Of a stretch of 64,000 nt of DNA, positions 10,629-24,500 are shown piece by piece. Numbering within the stretch: the first letter of the stretch is position 1; each line of letters begins with the position of its first letter. The notes beneath the pieces were generated by a model. That model was not told where the DNA came from. It was given only the letters and a program-made list of their open reading frames with translations, and searched no databases. Both the position numbers and the translations under genes were made by a program. Source of the stretch: Lingula anatina (lineage: Eukaryota; Animalia; Brachiopoda); NCBI GenBank assembly GCA_051362555.1, contig CM120644.1, positions 1,744,954 to 1,808,953 on the forward strand, given 5' to 3'.

Positions 10629-13163
10629 GGGGGAGAGGGGGGGGGGCAGCCTACAAGCATTATTTGCTCACCAAGAAAACGTTCAGAACAAATGATCCAC
10701 AGATCAGTTAGTCTGTGGCCAACCCCACTTAAAAGCAAGTCACCTAATCCCCTGATGGTCACACTAACCTACCTGAGTCCATCTTGTTGAACACTGCCAT
10801 GGTTCACTCTTGCACAATTTTGTCGGAATCAAATTAAATCAAATTATCAAACATTTATATCGAAAATTGTCAGACTGATCAAATATTCTACTGTTATTTT
10901 TTTCCCCATTTTACAGTGATATCTTTCCAAGCTCTATGCATTTCCTACAACAATGCAGCAGCTAGGTTACAGACACTCAGCTATTTCACATATCCCTTAT
11001 ATTTTACAACTATAAGCAGGTCTGTATGGCAGGGGTGGGGTGGGAGTTAGGGGGGTGGGGGTGGAGGGGGATGGAGGGGGGGAGGGGGGAGGGAACTACC
11101 CTCCTAGCTATACAAGGTTCACTCTGAATCCAAATTTAATCCTGGTTCATTTTCCAAGTTAGGTTAGCTGACAGGGGGTTGGGAAACTCCACTTTTCAGA
11201 AAAAGACCCCCCCCCCTTTCCACCTGACAAAGCTATCTGCAGTTCTGGTCATTCAAGATCAGCCTAGTCAGTCAAGGTCCTTAAGGATATTATAACCTTT
11301 CCATTTTGAAGTGAGACAGTAATCAGTATGGGGAATAAATGTCAATTTTTAACCCAAAATTGCAATTATGATGTCACCCATAAGGTGACATATGTGTAAA
11401 TGTTAATTAATCACTGAACAGTGAACATTTATGTTTTACCCAAAAGAATGTATGAAAGGCATTAAATAAGGAGTTTTGGGCAAAGGGTGACAATATCCTT
11501 AATTCTCCCAGCAAGGCAGCCAATGTCACTGCAGTGCTGCAGGTTTTTACCAGGGCACTTACAAGCTCCATAACTCCGCATGGTAATCATTTTCTGGGCA
11601 TTTCCAATTCTTGAACCTTTTGTGGTTGAAAACGTCCTCGAGATCCTGGGCCTCTATATCCTCCAGGATTCCATTCCAGTCATGAACCTGATCCCAGCTG
11701 TAGGATAACAGGCGACCATGAAACCTGGAAATACAAAATAAAATAGGATAACAGGCGATCATGAAACCTGGAAATACAAGATAAAATAGGATAACAGGCA
11801 TCCATGAAACCTGGAAATACAAGATAAAATTGGATAACAGGCGACCATGAAACCTGGAAATACAAGATAAAATAGGATAACAGGCCACCATTAAACCTGG
11901 AAATACAAGATAAAATAGGACAACAGGCGTCCATGAAACCTGGAAATACAAGATAAAATAGGATAACAGGCGACCATGAAACCTGGAAATACAAGATAAA
12001 ATAGGTAAACAGGCCACCATGAAACCTGGAAATACAAGATAAAATAGGATAACAGGCGACCATGAAACCTGGAAACACAAGATAAAATAGGATAACAGGC
12101 CACCATGAAACCTGGAAATACAAGATAAAATAGGATAACAGGCGACCATGAAACTGGAAATACAAGATAAAATAGGATAACAGGCGACCATGAAATCTGG
12201 AAATACAAGATAAAATAGGATAACAGGCGACCATGAAACCTGGAAATACAAGATAAAATAGGATAACAGGCGACCATGAAATCTGGAAATACAAGATAAA
12301 ATAGGATAACAGGCGTCCATGAAACCTGGAAATACAAGATAAAATAGGATAACAGGCCACCATGAAACTGGAAATAGAAGATAAAATAGGATAACAGGCG
12401 TCCATGAAACCTGGAAATAAAAGATAAAATAGGATAACAGGCGTCCATGAAACCTGGAAATACAAGATAAAATAGGATAACAGGCCACCATGAAACCTGG
12501 AAATACAAGATAAAATAGGATAACAGGACACCATGAAAACTGGAAATACAAGATAAAATAGGATAACAGACGACCATGAAACCTGGAAATACAAGATAAA
12601 ATAGGATAACAGGCGACCATGAAATCTGGAAATACAAGATAAAATAGGATAACAGGCAACCATGAAACCTGGAAATACAAGATAAAATAGGATAACAGGC
12701 CACCATGAAATCTGGAAATACAAGATAAAATAGGATAACAGGTGACCATGAAACTGGAAATACAAGATAAAATAGGATAACAGGCGACCATGAAATCTGG
12801 ATATCAGCAGCCTAGCAATTAAATCTCGGAGCCAAGATTAAATCTGTTTAGTGGTGCATGTGGAGGTGGGAAGACCATCATGGAATTAGCGACATCGCTT
12901 TTGAGGTATGGTTGGCCATATTTACTAGTAGTCAGCAGATCAGTTAGTACTCAGATCATCTATTCTGAATGGGGCCATAAAATACCTCACAGTAACTTAC
13001 TCATAATATGGTAACATGGCCCTCTTGTACCAATAATCCAGCATTCCAATGAACTCCTTGGTGAATTCAAGGTTGTCCACTTCAAATGGCTGTAACAAAC
13101 AGAACATACAGCATGTTGAACATCAAGCCTTAGTCCTCCTTGTCTTTCAAGAATAAACATCTA

Positions 13164-13199
<36 letters not shown>

Positions 13200-16100
13200 C
13201 TTAAGAACCTCTTTTATTAACAACCTTGCTAATAGGGGATACAAAACATTGATGTTTTGCTCCAAATTCTTTTGACTGCATGCCAATAGTCAATTTATAA
13301 TTTTCAGTTGTCTGTAACTTTGGATATCAATTTCACCAAGGCGGATTTAAAATCTGCTTTGATTTCAATCTTTCCAGTGACATCTACTCACGAGCTGACG
13401 TTCCTTTATCCTGTCTATCAGGTGATTCAAGGGCGCGTCCAGGTAGATGGTCAGGTGGGGCGTAGGGATGTCATCCAGAATTCTCCACTGAAACATCTCA
13501 AACTCCCGACGCCCTAAAAATTATAACGTGTGAATTGTTATCATAGGCTGTATTCCCATAGCTTTTAGATCGATCTATCCCCGCAGGGAGTCTCACTAGA
13601 TTACTGTCAGATAATCCAGCTTAAATGTCCGTCCCGCCTACTACAAGCTGTAAGGCCCCTATTTCACACAGACCACGAATCCCAAGAATCGCCAGGAATT
13701 GACAAATTTCAGGATCCGTAAGGATTCGTGAGATTTTGCCAATTTTCTGGTCTAATTCGGCACGCTCATGATTCAGTTACGATACAGGTGCGATAGTGTT
13801 ACGAATATTCGTGGGATTCGGCTGGGATCGCACGAATATTGTCCAGAAATTCACTACGATTTTTTGGAATCTGGAGTTCGTGGCCAAAACTTTGAACGGC
13901 TCAAATTTTTTGCCATGAATTCCCGATTGATCAAAAATTGCAAGAACTGTCTACGATTATATACGAATCTTTTCAGAACTTCACGAACTGATTACGATTC
14001 AACCACGAATCCTGAAATTTTCAATTCCTGGCGATGCGTGGGATTCGTGATCTGTGTGAAATAGGGGCATCAAAGTTTTTGCCACCAATTCCTGTTGGTC
14101 AAGAAGTGCAAGAACTGACTACGAATATGTACGAATCTGTTAAGAACTTCACGAGCTGATTACGATTCAACCACGAATCCTGAAGTTTGTCAATTCATGG
14201 CCATTCGTGGGATTCGTGGTCTGTGTGAAATAGGGGCATAAGGGGATAATTAACTTTCGTGTTCGCTCGGCTGACAGCTATTTAGCGTGAACCTCCAGGG
14301 AGTTAGGTCGATCTAAAGTAGATTGATCTAATCTCTGGAAATGGGGTCATAGTCACCATCAAATCCACAGGAAGAGCTAAGGAAGGACCACACAATACAT
14401 TAAACCGCCTTCAGATGAAGAAATTATCGGATTATATATTCAATACTTACAATCGGCTCCTGGCAGTAAGCCTAGATCAAAGTAGGTCTCCACGAATGCT
14501 CTGTCACTAAATGGGGAACGCACTAGCACAACACCTTGGCCTACATTGAAACAAAACAAACAAAATTGTTACCAACAATGTCAAGCTTATATACATGCAC
14601 AACATTAAATTTCCAAGAGTTGCCAGTGATCAACTGAATCTATTATCTTTACCATTTATCATCTTATTCTCTGAGAAAACTGTGGCAACTGACATCAGCT
14701 TTAATAAATGTGCACGTCCACAGTTCTAGGTAACAACAACAGGTTATCATCTTTAAAAGTCTGTCAAAATATTCCTGTGTGTTGGATAACAATGGGGGTG
14801 CTTTCATGTGAAAGGGGATGGATTTGTCTTATTATAGCAAACAACTTTGTGTTTCCAAACATTGCTTTGTAGTATAAACTTATTAATTCTTAGCAGAAAA
14901 TGACACTCAAACAGCCCTTAAATCTGTGACACAGACATACCAGTCTGTTGTACATTATGGAAAAGAAAGCTCTCAGAATGGTACTGTCATGTTTTTTGGT
15001 CATTTCAGGGATCATTCTTCGTGGCAAATTTTGATGGGTGAAGAAAATGGGTTATTGTGCATTACCATTGTTTGTTTTTAACTTCAGTACAAAGTTGGAT
15101 ATCTCATACATGTGAACTAAACAAATCGATCAATTTTAGGATTTAAATTCTTGAAATACCGCTTGTCATAAAACAACAAGGTGTAAGGAAGTCCTGTTAT
15201 CCAAGCATGTAATCAAAGATGTTATAACCCAATCTTGTTTCAATTCCTTCAGACTCGCACAACAACATATCCACAGCTAGCATGTAGTTTTGTTTCCCCA
15301 TTCAGATACGCCCAAGGGACATAGCGTAAATAGTGGACATTTCCATTCACATGAATATAACATGAGACTAATTAAAATAGCCATATCTAGTTCCCAATTT
15401 TTGGCATGTAATACACTACAGATGATTACATGTCCTCGCTGTTTAACTGCCAATTCAGGATTGCAGCGTGCTTGCTCAACTCTGTGAAGTTATAAGTGTA
15501 CGTTTCCCTGATAATTTTTAATGTGTTTAATGTTACGTTTTCCAAAATTTATGATGCTAAAGCAAAATACCAAGCATATTCTAAGTGAAAGGCGTTCTCA
15601 CAGGATCAGCGCCATGTTGAAATTTTGATGCCCTTTGTTGCTACCCAGTGCCACGGACGCATTCCCATGGACGTTCAAACATTGTTATTTCAATACGTAT
15701 CTAGTATCAATTAACTTTGAAGTGAATCATTTATTTATTTATATATTTATTTATTTATTCTCTTTTTACCTGTGCTGTAAAGGTGGTTCAACGCTTTACA
15801 ATAATGAAAATATCGCAACTTGAACAACTCCAACTGCAGCCCAATACACGCCCCTCTATTGCGGCCAGGATCAGAAAAAAACTGCGGAAAATGGTAGGTC
15901 TGAGCATCTTTTGGACTCATAGCCTTTGGATCATCAGGCTGTCCAGCCCAGGTATAATATCGCGAGAAGAGTTCCTCGGGTTCATCGAACATTTTGAAGT
16001 CCAATCTTTCTGCCAACTCCTTCGCAAATTCGGATTTTCCAACCGCAGCGTTGCCGTCGACAACGATAACCTTCGATTCGTTAGGAACTAGATTACCGTT

Positions 16101-16307
16101 TCCACGCCAAAATAGTCTGTAACACATTCTGTATCTCAGTCTCTTGTACGGGAAGGGGTACTTCGGCCATTTCTTTGGGCCTCTAGTGATGGTTGCAGCT
16201 TGCACGACGAGCGGAGTAGCAGGGACGACCAACTGACTCGTCAATTTCGTCGACTGAAAGCCGGCTACACTGAGGGAGCGCAACAACAAGCCCTTTGTCA
16301 GTGCCAT
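9648..16307 (-). CDS. NDUFA10: NADH dehydrogenase (ubiquinone) 1 alpha subcomplex subunit 10 (deoxynucleoside-kinase fold), mitochondrial
   Basis: Exons 16307-15770, 14540-14451, 13513-13392, 13089-13001, 11724-11563 and 10554-10437 join in phase. A probable last exon starts at 9720, but its frame and stop are uncertain. Basic presequence-like N-terminus; motifs KVIVVDGNAAVGKS, ALNHLYSTGQGVVLVRSPFSD, PHLTIYLDAP. Confidence 0.85.
11701..12800 (-). repeat. 43-bp minisatellite (~25 units), each unit an NDUFA10 splice acceptor plus the exon start
   Basis: Minus-strand unit tatcctattttatcttgtatttccag|gtttcatggtcgcctgt. The last unit continues into the real exon (FHGRLLSYSW...). Confidence 0.95.
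13545..14350. mobile_element. Family A MITE split by a nested insertion
   Basis: 13545-13653 and 14242-14350 rejoin to give the reverse complement of 1-212. Confidence 0.85.
13654..14238. mobile_element. PIF/Harbinger-type MITE with a duplicated right end
   Basis: TAA duplication at 13651-53 and 14239-41. TIR gcccctatttcacacagaccacgaatccc / gggattcgtggtctgtgtgaaataggggc. A second right TIR lies at ~14041-14069. Confidence 0.9.
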
Positions 16308-16409
16308 CTTTGAATCCTTAAGATGCAAGTTTCTTACTAAATTATTCCGGCATCAGTTGTCATGTGGAGAAACATCAAAATAAATATTACAACCTGCACC
16401 CCTTCAGAC

Positions 16410-16470
16410 AAGTACACAGGAAGTGCAGGAGGTAGCGGCGCCTATGCGCATGCGTAGCCCACGCGCGTCA
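16410..16470 (-). promoter_or_regulatory. Likely NDUFA10 promoter with NRF1-like and ETS/GABP-like motifs
   Basis: tgcgcatgcgta (~16445-16456) and caggaagtg (~16417) lie 110-150 bp upstream of the ATG. These motifs are typical of nuclear respiratory-gene promoters. Confidence 0.55.
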
Positions 16471-16878
16471 ACCAAGACGATCTAAAATGCAAAACCCAAG
16501 TTTTCTTGTCTCACTTCTTCGGCAAGTGAGTGAAATGCACATACATCTGTATCATATATTTAATTTGCTATTTAAAAACAAGACAAGAGAGATAAAGCAT
16601 ATTACTTCAAGGTTTATAAAGCACGATGAAATATTCTTGGTCAGTAGCGTCATCTGGTGGCTAATATTGAAAACAACGACCAAATTCACATCAAGGCTTA
16701 TGTTACAGCGGTCTCATTAAACGTATTTGTAGGCCTACTGGTACAAGTTGTTTTCTGTGTACGGTTAAAGTCACGTCTGTTTGCAGTAAGGTGAAGTTAA
16801 GACGAAAATATCCTAATTCCCTGAACGGATTTTGGGACCTAGATGTTGACTCCCTAGACCTGCTAGACGGGTAGCCTG

Positions 16879-18237
16879 CAGCCCGGGAGCCACCGGTCTG
16901 CCGCTAGGTGGCTTTTAACCAAACCGGAAGTTCTAGAATTTGAATTGCGTGCATTTTTGTGAAATTTATAGGGTGTCAGAAACGGTAGAATATCTCGAGT
17001 ACTAAGGGTATGAGAGTCTTATTATGTATACTGTCATCTTTAGAAATAAATTTCAAATGATGTGAGATGTTCCTCGAGTTGATCTAAACCATATTTTGTG
17101 TTCAAAAGTGAATTTGAAATCGAAGTTTTACCAAAGCTGTAACTGGAGTTCAACTTTACCTCTAATGCTTGCATTCTTAGAGAACAGGTTCCAACTTCGA
17201 ATTATCAGTAAGTTGTGGCAAATTTATTCAGCTTTCTGCCAATGTAAGCATGTAAGGAACTTTACCGTTATCCAGGAATGGCACAAATCAATTCACACCC
17301 GTGTATGTAAAAAAAATCGTACTTGCAACAACCGTAAGCCAGCCTCGTTTTGACTTAGTACATTCTTGTTATATTCTAACCTCGTTTTGAATTCCCCACC
17401 CGCACAATATTTTCTATATAGAGAAGAGAATCTTGCACAGGAAGAATGGAGGAAATGAACATTTCATTTTTTTTTTGGTAAATAAGCATTTATCTATTAC
17501 ACGAGGCCACCCGCTGCCAGTTTCTTTTTATTGAAAGACTAATAAAAACAAAACAAACAAGACTTTTATCAACTGAATTTGTTTTTTTTTTTACATATGA
17601 ACAACTATATAATATTTAAAACATAATATCATCAACAAAAATATCAATATTGTGACAGCCAACAGGAATTAAAGCTGATGCAAATATACATGTATATTTG
17701 TGGCAAAAATTATTTTTTACTTTTGCAACACATTGATATGGCAATTATATTTTACACTTCTTGATCATAACATAGAGTTATAGCCACAGGACACACTACT
17801 CCTTTTAAAAACAGGATCAATATAAACAATTTATATAATTTCATAAATTTACCTGGAATCAGCAATTTATTTCACTGATACCAGTTAGTCCTGTACCAGT
17901 CTATATTTTCATTTGAATTTATTTTGTAAGTGTCATAGTGGTGATTTCACAGCCAAACTTCATTTAAAAACTTGCACATTTAATTATATTACATGAATCT
18001 GTTAATGTATTTTATTCATTAGAAATAACTGTAACCAAGTTTTAAAAGCATGTTTTCAGTTTTAAAAGGTTTAAGTAACTTCTGAGCTTCTGTCATAATT
18101 GCCAAGGAATGGCAAAATGATTAATCCTGGTCCCTTTCATGTTCTTCAAGCCTAAAAAAATATTAGATTAAAACATTAAAAAGTTTGAAAAGGTAACATT
18201 CAAAAACATTTTTACCTGCATATATCTTTACACACAC

Positions 18238-18276
<39 letters not shown>

Positions 18277-20252
18277 CACACTAAAATCAGCATAAATAAT
18301 AAACCACAATCTTGATAATAGGGAAGCTGGTATCAATCCATTTATCTAAAATAGTACTCTTAAAGTGTATCAATATTGAAGTCTACAAACTACAGTGTTC
18401 ACAACTATAATACACTATAAAACAAAGGAGGAGTTTTGTTAATATAATGTTCTTTTTTTCATGAAACATTTTCCCCTCACATACTTATAACCCATGTGTT
18501 GTGTGTGTGGGAGATTTTAAACAAAACTAAACTGTTCCTTCTAACAAAAAACTGCCTATGATATGGCTATCACAATTTGAAAACATATACACAATGTTAT
18601 AGCACTTGGCATTTTATGATGCACAGTATGTATGTACGTATGTATTGCAAATGGTCAACAAATGGGGGTAAAAATGTAATAAAACTTATTTTGACTAACA
18701 AGTTTTCCCCCATATTGATATTGTACATTTGTACCCTGCCAAAGAAGCAAACATGTTAAAAGTCAAAATTTGTTATTCATATTTTTGAAAAGATGCTTGT
18801 GGTTGGTTTTCAATTTTGTATCTTTCACAACTATAATTTACAAGCATGTGTGGCCCCACACTCACCCCATGCACACACATGCAGGGCAGATAACATTGCT
18901 TTTCACTGACATCAACATCCAACAACTATAAATAGACTTTCCCACACCTTGGACAGGGACCACAAGGAAAACACATGGGTAAATGTCCTAGCTAAGCTTT
19001 CTCTTGGGCATGATATATTATTCAATTTATGATAAAATAAAAAATATGTTCAAGTGATACATACCGATAAATTGATATGAAAAGCTACTTACTACTTGGC
19101 AATGTACATGTATATTCAGCTGTGGAACACTGACATCTTAATTGTTATAATACAAGCCTTTGAACTGTCAACACTTTAGGTCACTGAAAGTATAAAAAGG
19201 TAGATAAAATATTGAACCTATTATTTATTGGGCATTCTTGTACATGATAATAATAAATAACTGATAAATATTTTCTATCAGTTTATACAAGTTTCAATCC
19301 TTTTTCATGGAAATTTCAAAATATTACTTTTTTTGTTTTTTTTTTCATCTTACTTAAATCAAAATGCAAATAAATAGCATGAAAAGGATAATGTAGAATA
19401 TCTAAAAAATGGCTTTTACATCCTCAAAAGTGACCTATCCCCCTCTCATAATATATCTATCTATACAGAATCAAGTATACTACATGTCATTTCGCGGGCC
19501 ATTTCTGTTAATAAACATCAAAGCACAAAAAAAAAAAGCATAAGAAGGCAAATTCTCAATATTTTATTGTGACATTCATACAAGACATGAGGCAAGACTG
19601 CCCCCACATTCACTCTACTGTGATCGCCCCAACCACACACACTGTCATTTCATGAAGCATTTAATCTAGTCAACTTCAAAACACCAAAAAATTGCATGAA
19701 AATGCAAAAATTCAATATTAAACTTCGACATTCATTCAAGATGTAACACAAGACTGCCCATGTAGTTACTCGGAACATTGCAAAATATACTACCTGTCGG
19801 AAATGTAGAAAATCGATAAGTTACAGGTTAGGTTCCTACCTAAATTTTTTACCTGTTCAAAAACATATGTCAAACTATTAAAAAAACTGAACAGATAAAG
19901 AAAAATCATTGTTATCTGCATTTGGCACAATTCAAAAGAACGTGTTTACATTTGGGTTCTGTGTGCCGCCATTTTGGAACACGGCAGTAACTTGATAGAA
20001 GATTCAGTGAAACCGATACCTAAACACTACTATGGTATATAAAATATAGCTTCAGAACATACTTTATCGTTCTGTCAAGTGCATTAGTAAAATTATCAAC
20101 ATATCAGCGTATAAACGTCTGTTCATCTTACCTGTCTCTATGCCTGCTTCTCCCGCCATATTTAGGACGGCCGCCACTTCAAGTTTTGAAAACGAGGCCA
20201 AATCTAATATTCTCCAAAATAACCGTCATATGAGCCGGTGGCTCCCGGGCTG
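16879..20252. mobile_element. 3.4-kb non-autonomous TIR DNA transposon, superfamily unassigned
   Basis: Perfect 18-bp TIR CAGCCCGGGAGCCACCGG / CCGGTGGCTCCCGGGCTG with CTG on both flanks (3-bp TSD). AT-rich interior with no transposase ORF. Confidence 0.75.
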
Positions 20253-21589
20253 CTGAGGAAAAATATTTTGCTTCCCGCCAGAAAAACTTCGACAATAGTG
20301 TTTTTTTTCTTCTTCCTAATATTCATTTAGTCTAGATCCCCACGATTCAGGTTCTAGTAGGCCTTACACGCCTTGGTTGTTCTGCAAACTGTTTAATTAT
20401 TTAGACTTTTTAACTAAAAATACAAAGAATGAAATTTAAAGCGTGTAAAAGGTAAAGATGAGCACGTAAACTTATCTCAGCGCGCAACTTAATCTGCACA
20501 CCCAGGGAAAAGCGCACTACACCACTTTAAAAACGGTAACATTGGCTCCTTGATACAGCACGGATCATATCCAAAACCTTGAGTTATTACTTAATTGGTA
20601 GTTTTATGCATGCAATATACACGCTGAGGTCACTTTATCAATAATTACTGATACCATGTATATTAAGTTAGATTAAAAAAAAAAAAACAATGGTGACTTT
20701 CTTATGCACTGTGCAAGTTTCTGCTCCTAATGAATGGAATAGTCTCCTCGTTACTCCCGGCAAGGAGGTTATGTTTTCACCCCTGTTTGTCTGTCTGTCT
20801 GTCTGTCTTTCTGTCTGTCTGTCATCAACATAACTCAAAAAGTTATGAACCGATTTTGATGAAATTTTCAGGAACTGTCAGAAGTGGGCCAAGGAATAGA
20901 TGATTAGTTTTTGGTGGTGATCCGAATCAATAATCAATCAATAATCAAAAATATCGAAAATTAAGGGGTGAAACGGCATCGGATGAAGACTTTGCTGCCT
21001 TGGCGGAGGTCTGCGCTCTCTGAGTGCTTTTCTAGTTGTAATTAATGTACTTGAAAAACATGCAGCAACTCCAGCCAATTAAAAAAAATAGCTTTAAACC
21101 TTTTGTCTCTAAAACCAATACCTGAATTGACTTTTATATTATTATTATCATTATTATTATTATAAGCCCACCCTAAAGCTCCCCCTTCCAGCAACACCAA
21201 ACCAAAAAACAGAAGTTGAATAAGGAGCAATTAACGCTTTGCTAACCAAGATTTTCCAGATTCGCCAAAAGAATTTGTCATATAGTGAATAAAGAGCAAA
21301 AACAAAACGTATAAATGCAGTTACAACTTTGATTTTGATTTTGATTCTAAAACCGAGCGCTATTAAGAAAGTCGGCCAGGCTGAGCGGGGCTATAAAACT
21401 ACTCATGCGCAGTTTGTCGTAGAAAATTAATATTGATATTTCTATTACTTACAGAAAGCCTGGGATTGTCACACTTCAGTATGGAGTGTGATGTTTGATG
21501 GTTTCATTACCTACATGTATGTCAACGAGAGAAGTAATGTTTTAATCAGCGTTAGTGACCAAGATAACTTAAAAAAAAACCTTGGTGGA
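19555..21589 (+). repeat. 2,035-bp direct duplication, left copy
   Basis: Apparently identical to 30458-32492 at a constant offset of 10,903 (same ORF at 21042 and 31945). Confidence 0.95.
20751..21037 (+). mobile_element. Short HINE/DINE-1-like Helentron derivative (second copy at ~31654-31940)
   Basis: 5' ...caaggaggttatgttttc, a (GTCT)n tract, and 3' ccttggcggaggtctgcgctctctgagtgcttttctagtt. Confidence 0.7.
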
Positions 21590-24500
21590 TTTCCAGCCAT
21601 CCACTTTGGATACTTCGCCTGCCAACATTTCTATTGCGTCACCAGTACTTCACTCTGCTGCCGTAAAGTTGGATCCAGATTCTCTGTTAACATCAGGGGA
21701 CAAACAAGATTTTCAGACACTACTTGTGTCATACGACAATGTTTTCAACCCGTCAATCCCCGGATACAACGGTGCTATGGGACCTTTTAAATCGGTGGTA
21801 AACATGGGTCCTACTCAACCGCCCCAGAGGAAGGGCAGGATTCCCCAGTATAGCAGAGACAAACTTGTCGATCTACAAGAGAAATTTGATTTTCTGGAGA
21901 GTGTTGGCGTCTTCGCAAAACCGGAAGATGTGGGTGTGAATGTCGAATATCTGAACCCTTCATTTCTGGTAAAAAAGAGCAACGGTTCGTTCCGCTTGGT
22001 TACTGCTTTCAACGAAGTTGGAAAATATTGCAAACCTCAACCGTCTCTTTTACCTGACGTAAATTCAACATTACGTAACATTGGAGGATGGAAACACATT
22101 ATTACCACTGACTTATCCAGTGCCTTTTATCAGATTCCACTGGATAAGAATTCTATGAAATATTGTGGAGTTGCTACTCCTTTCAAGGGAGTAAGAGTCT
22201 ACACACGTTCAGCAATGGGAATGCCCGGGTCGGAGACAGCATTAGAAGAGATGATGTCACGTGTCCTTGGTGATCTTATAATGAAAGGCGTCGTTTGTAA
22301 GATCGCCGACGATCTTTACTGTGGCGGCGAAACTGTAAAAGAACTGATGGATAATTTCCGACAGGTTCTACGAGCTCTCAGCAAGTGTGATCTCCGTCTT
22401 TCTCCGACCAAAACCGTGATTTGTCCAAGGGAAACAACAATCCTCGGATGGACTTGGAGAAGTGGTTTTCTCTCTGCCAACACTCACCGTATATCTACAT
22501 TGTCGAACTGCGACCGCCCCATGACAGTTTTCGCGCTCAGATCCTTCATTGGTGCCTATAAAGCATTCGCACGCGTACTACCTGGCTGTGCTTCGATACT
22601 TGCTCCCCTAGATAGCATGACTGCCGGAAAACAGTCCCAGGATAAACTGTCATGGACGGAGGAGAATGTTGTTGCCTTCGAAAATTCAAAGAAAGCTCTA
22701 CTCAACCATCGTTCTATTATGATTCCTCGTATCAACGATGAGCTTTGGCTTGTGACAGATGCCTCTTCTCGACACTCTGGTCTTGCTGCAACTTTGTACG
22801 CCAAACGCGGAGATAAGCTTCGTTTATCTGGATTTTTCAGCGCAAAACTCCGAAAACATCAGGTGACTTGGATACCGTGTGAGCTGGAAGCGTTAGCTAT
22901 AGCTTCTGCGATCAAACACTTCGCTCCATATATTATACAGTCAAGTCACCAAACGCATGTTTTAACTGACAGTAAGCCTTGCGTACAAGCACATGTTAAA
23001 TTATGCAGAGGAGAGTTTTCTGCTAGTCCACGAGTGTCTACATTTCTCTCTTTAGCCAGTAGATATCACGTTTCTGTGCAACACCTGGCAGGTTCAGATA
23101 ATATTCCAACTGATTTCGCAAGTAGAAACGCAAAAGAATGCCAAAGCCAGAAGTGTCAAGTTTGCAGCTTTGTCTATGACCTACAAAACTGCGTGGTATC
23201 TAGTGTTTCCACCAACGATGTTCTTAGCGAGATCAAACAGCTACCATTCACCAACCGGAAAGCATGGCTTCAAATTCAACAAGAATGCTACGATCTACGT
23301 CGCACTAAGGCCCACTTATCTCAAGGTACGCGACCTAGTAAAAAAAACAACGGAGTGTCTAACGTGAAACGTTATCTACACATTGAGGGTCTTACCATCG
23401 CAAAAGACGGTCTTCTAGTAGTACGCCGTCAATCACCACTGGAAAACGAACGTGATCTTATAGTAGTTCCCAGACAGGTGTTAAGCGGACTTCTTACTGC
23501 TCTCCACATCCGTCTAGAACATCCGTCCAGTTATCAGCTTAAGAGCGTAGTAAAACGCTACTTTTACGCGTTGAACTTAGACAAAGAAGCCGACGAGACA
23601 TCGCATTCATGCCATCGATGTGCTTCCTTGAAAAAAATTCCTCATCTTCAACAGGAACAGTCTTCAGAAGAACCCCCACCTACAGTTGGAGCATCATTTG
23701 CCGCTGATATTATGAAACGACACTCACAAAATATACTGATTGTAAGAGAAACGGTCACTTCTTTCACAACCGCGTGTTTTGTGAAGGACGAAACTAAGGA
23801 TAGTTTACGGGAAGGTCTCATTCAACTGTGTGCAGAAATGCGACCACTTGACGGTCCATTTGCTGTCATTCGCACTGATTCTGCTCCTGGATTCAAATCA
23901 TTAGTATCAGATGAGTCCCTTCGATCGTCTAGATTAGTCATCGAAATAGGACGTCCCAAAAACATCAATAAAAATCCAGTGGCGGAAAAAGCAGTTCAGG
24001 AACTTCAAGACGAAATTCTGCGTAAAGATCCCTCGCGTGATTCTATTTCTCAAACTACTCTCAGCCTGTGCGTTGCTCAGCTCAATTCTAGAATGCGCCG
24101 AGGAGGTTTGTCTGCAAGGGAAATGCTTTTTCAGAGGGATCAATTCACCTGTCAACAAATTCCCACTTCAGATAGAAAATTGATTATTGATCAGCATTCT
24201 ATAAGAGCGAAAAACCACGACAGTAGTATGCAATCTAAAGCGCCTTTAAAACAAAGCGCCAACGATAACAATCTCAATGTAGGAGATATCGTTTATTTAC
24301 ATCACGACAAGACCAAGAATTACGACCGAGATCGCTACATAGTGGTAAAAGTCGACGGTCACTGGTGCAATGTTCAAAAATTCATAGGAAATCAGCTAAG
24401 ATCTATGTCTTATAGAGTTAAACAATCAGACTGTTATAAGGTACCCGTTTATAAATGGAGAAAAGTCAACGATTTATGTAGTGACAACTCCGATGATTCG

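Noticed and set aside
11030-11095. G-rich tract with G-quadruplex potential
   Set aside because: Poly-G and poly-C runs are common throughout the window, and nothing indicates a specific function.
11559-12791. 410-, 361- and 271-aa hydrophobic ORFs as a novel membrane-protein gene
   Set aside because: They arise from a stop-poor 43-bp repeat inside an NDUFA10 intron; only the final segment is a real exon.
21582-21590. Host-pol fusion gene
   Set aside because: The start is a TTG in host flank; I found no host exon or ATG feeding this frame.
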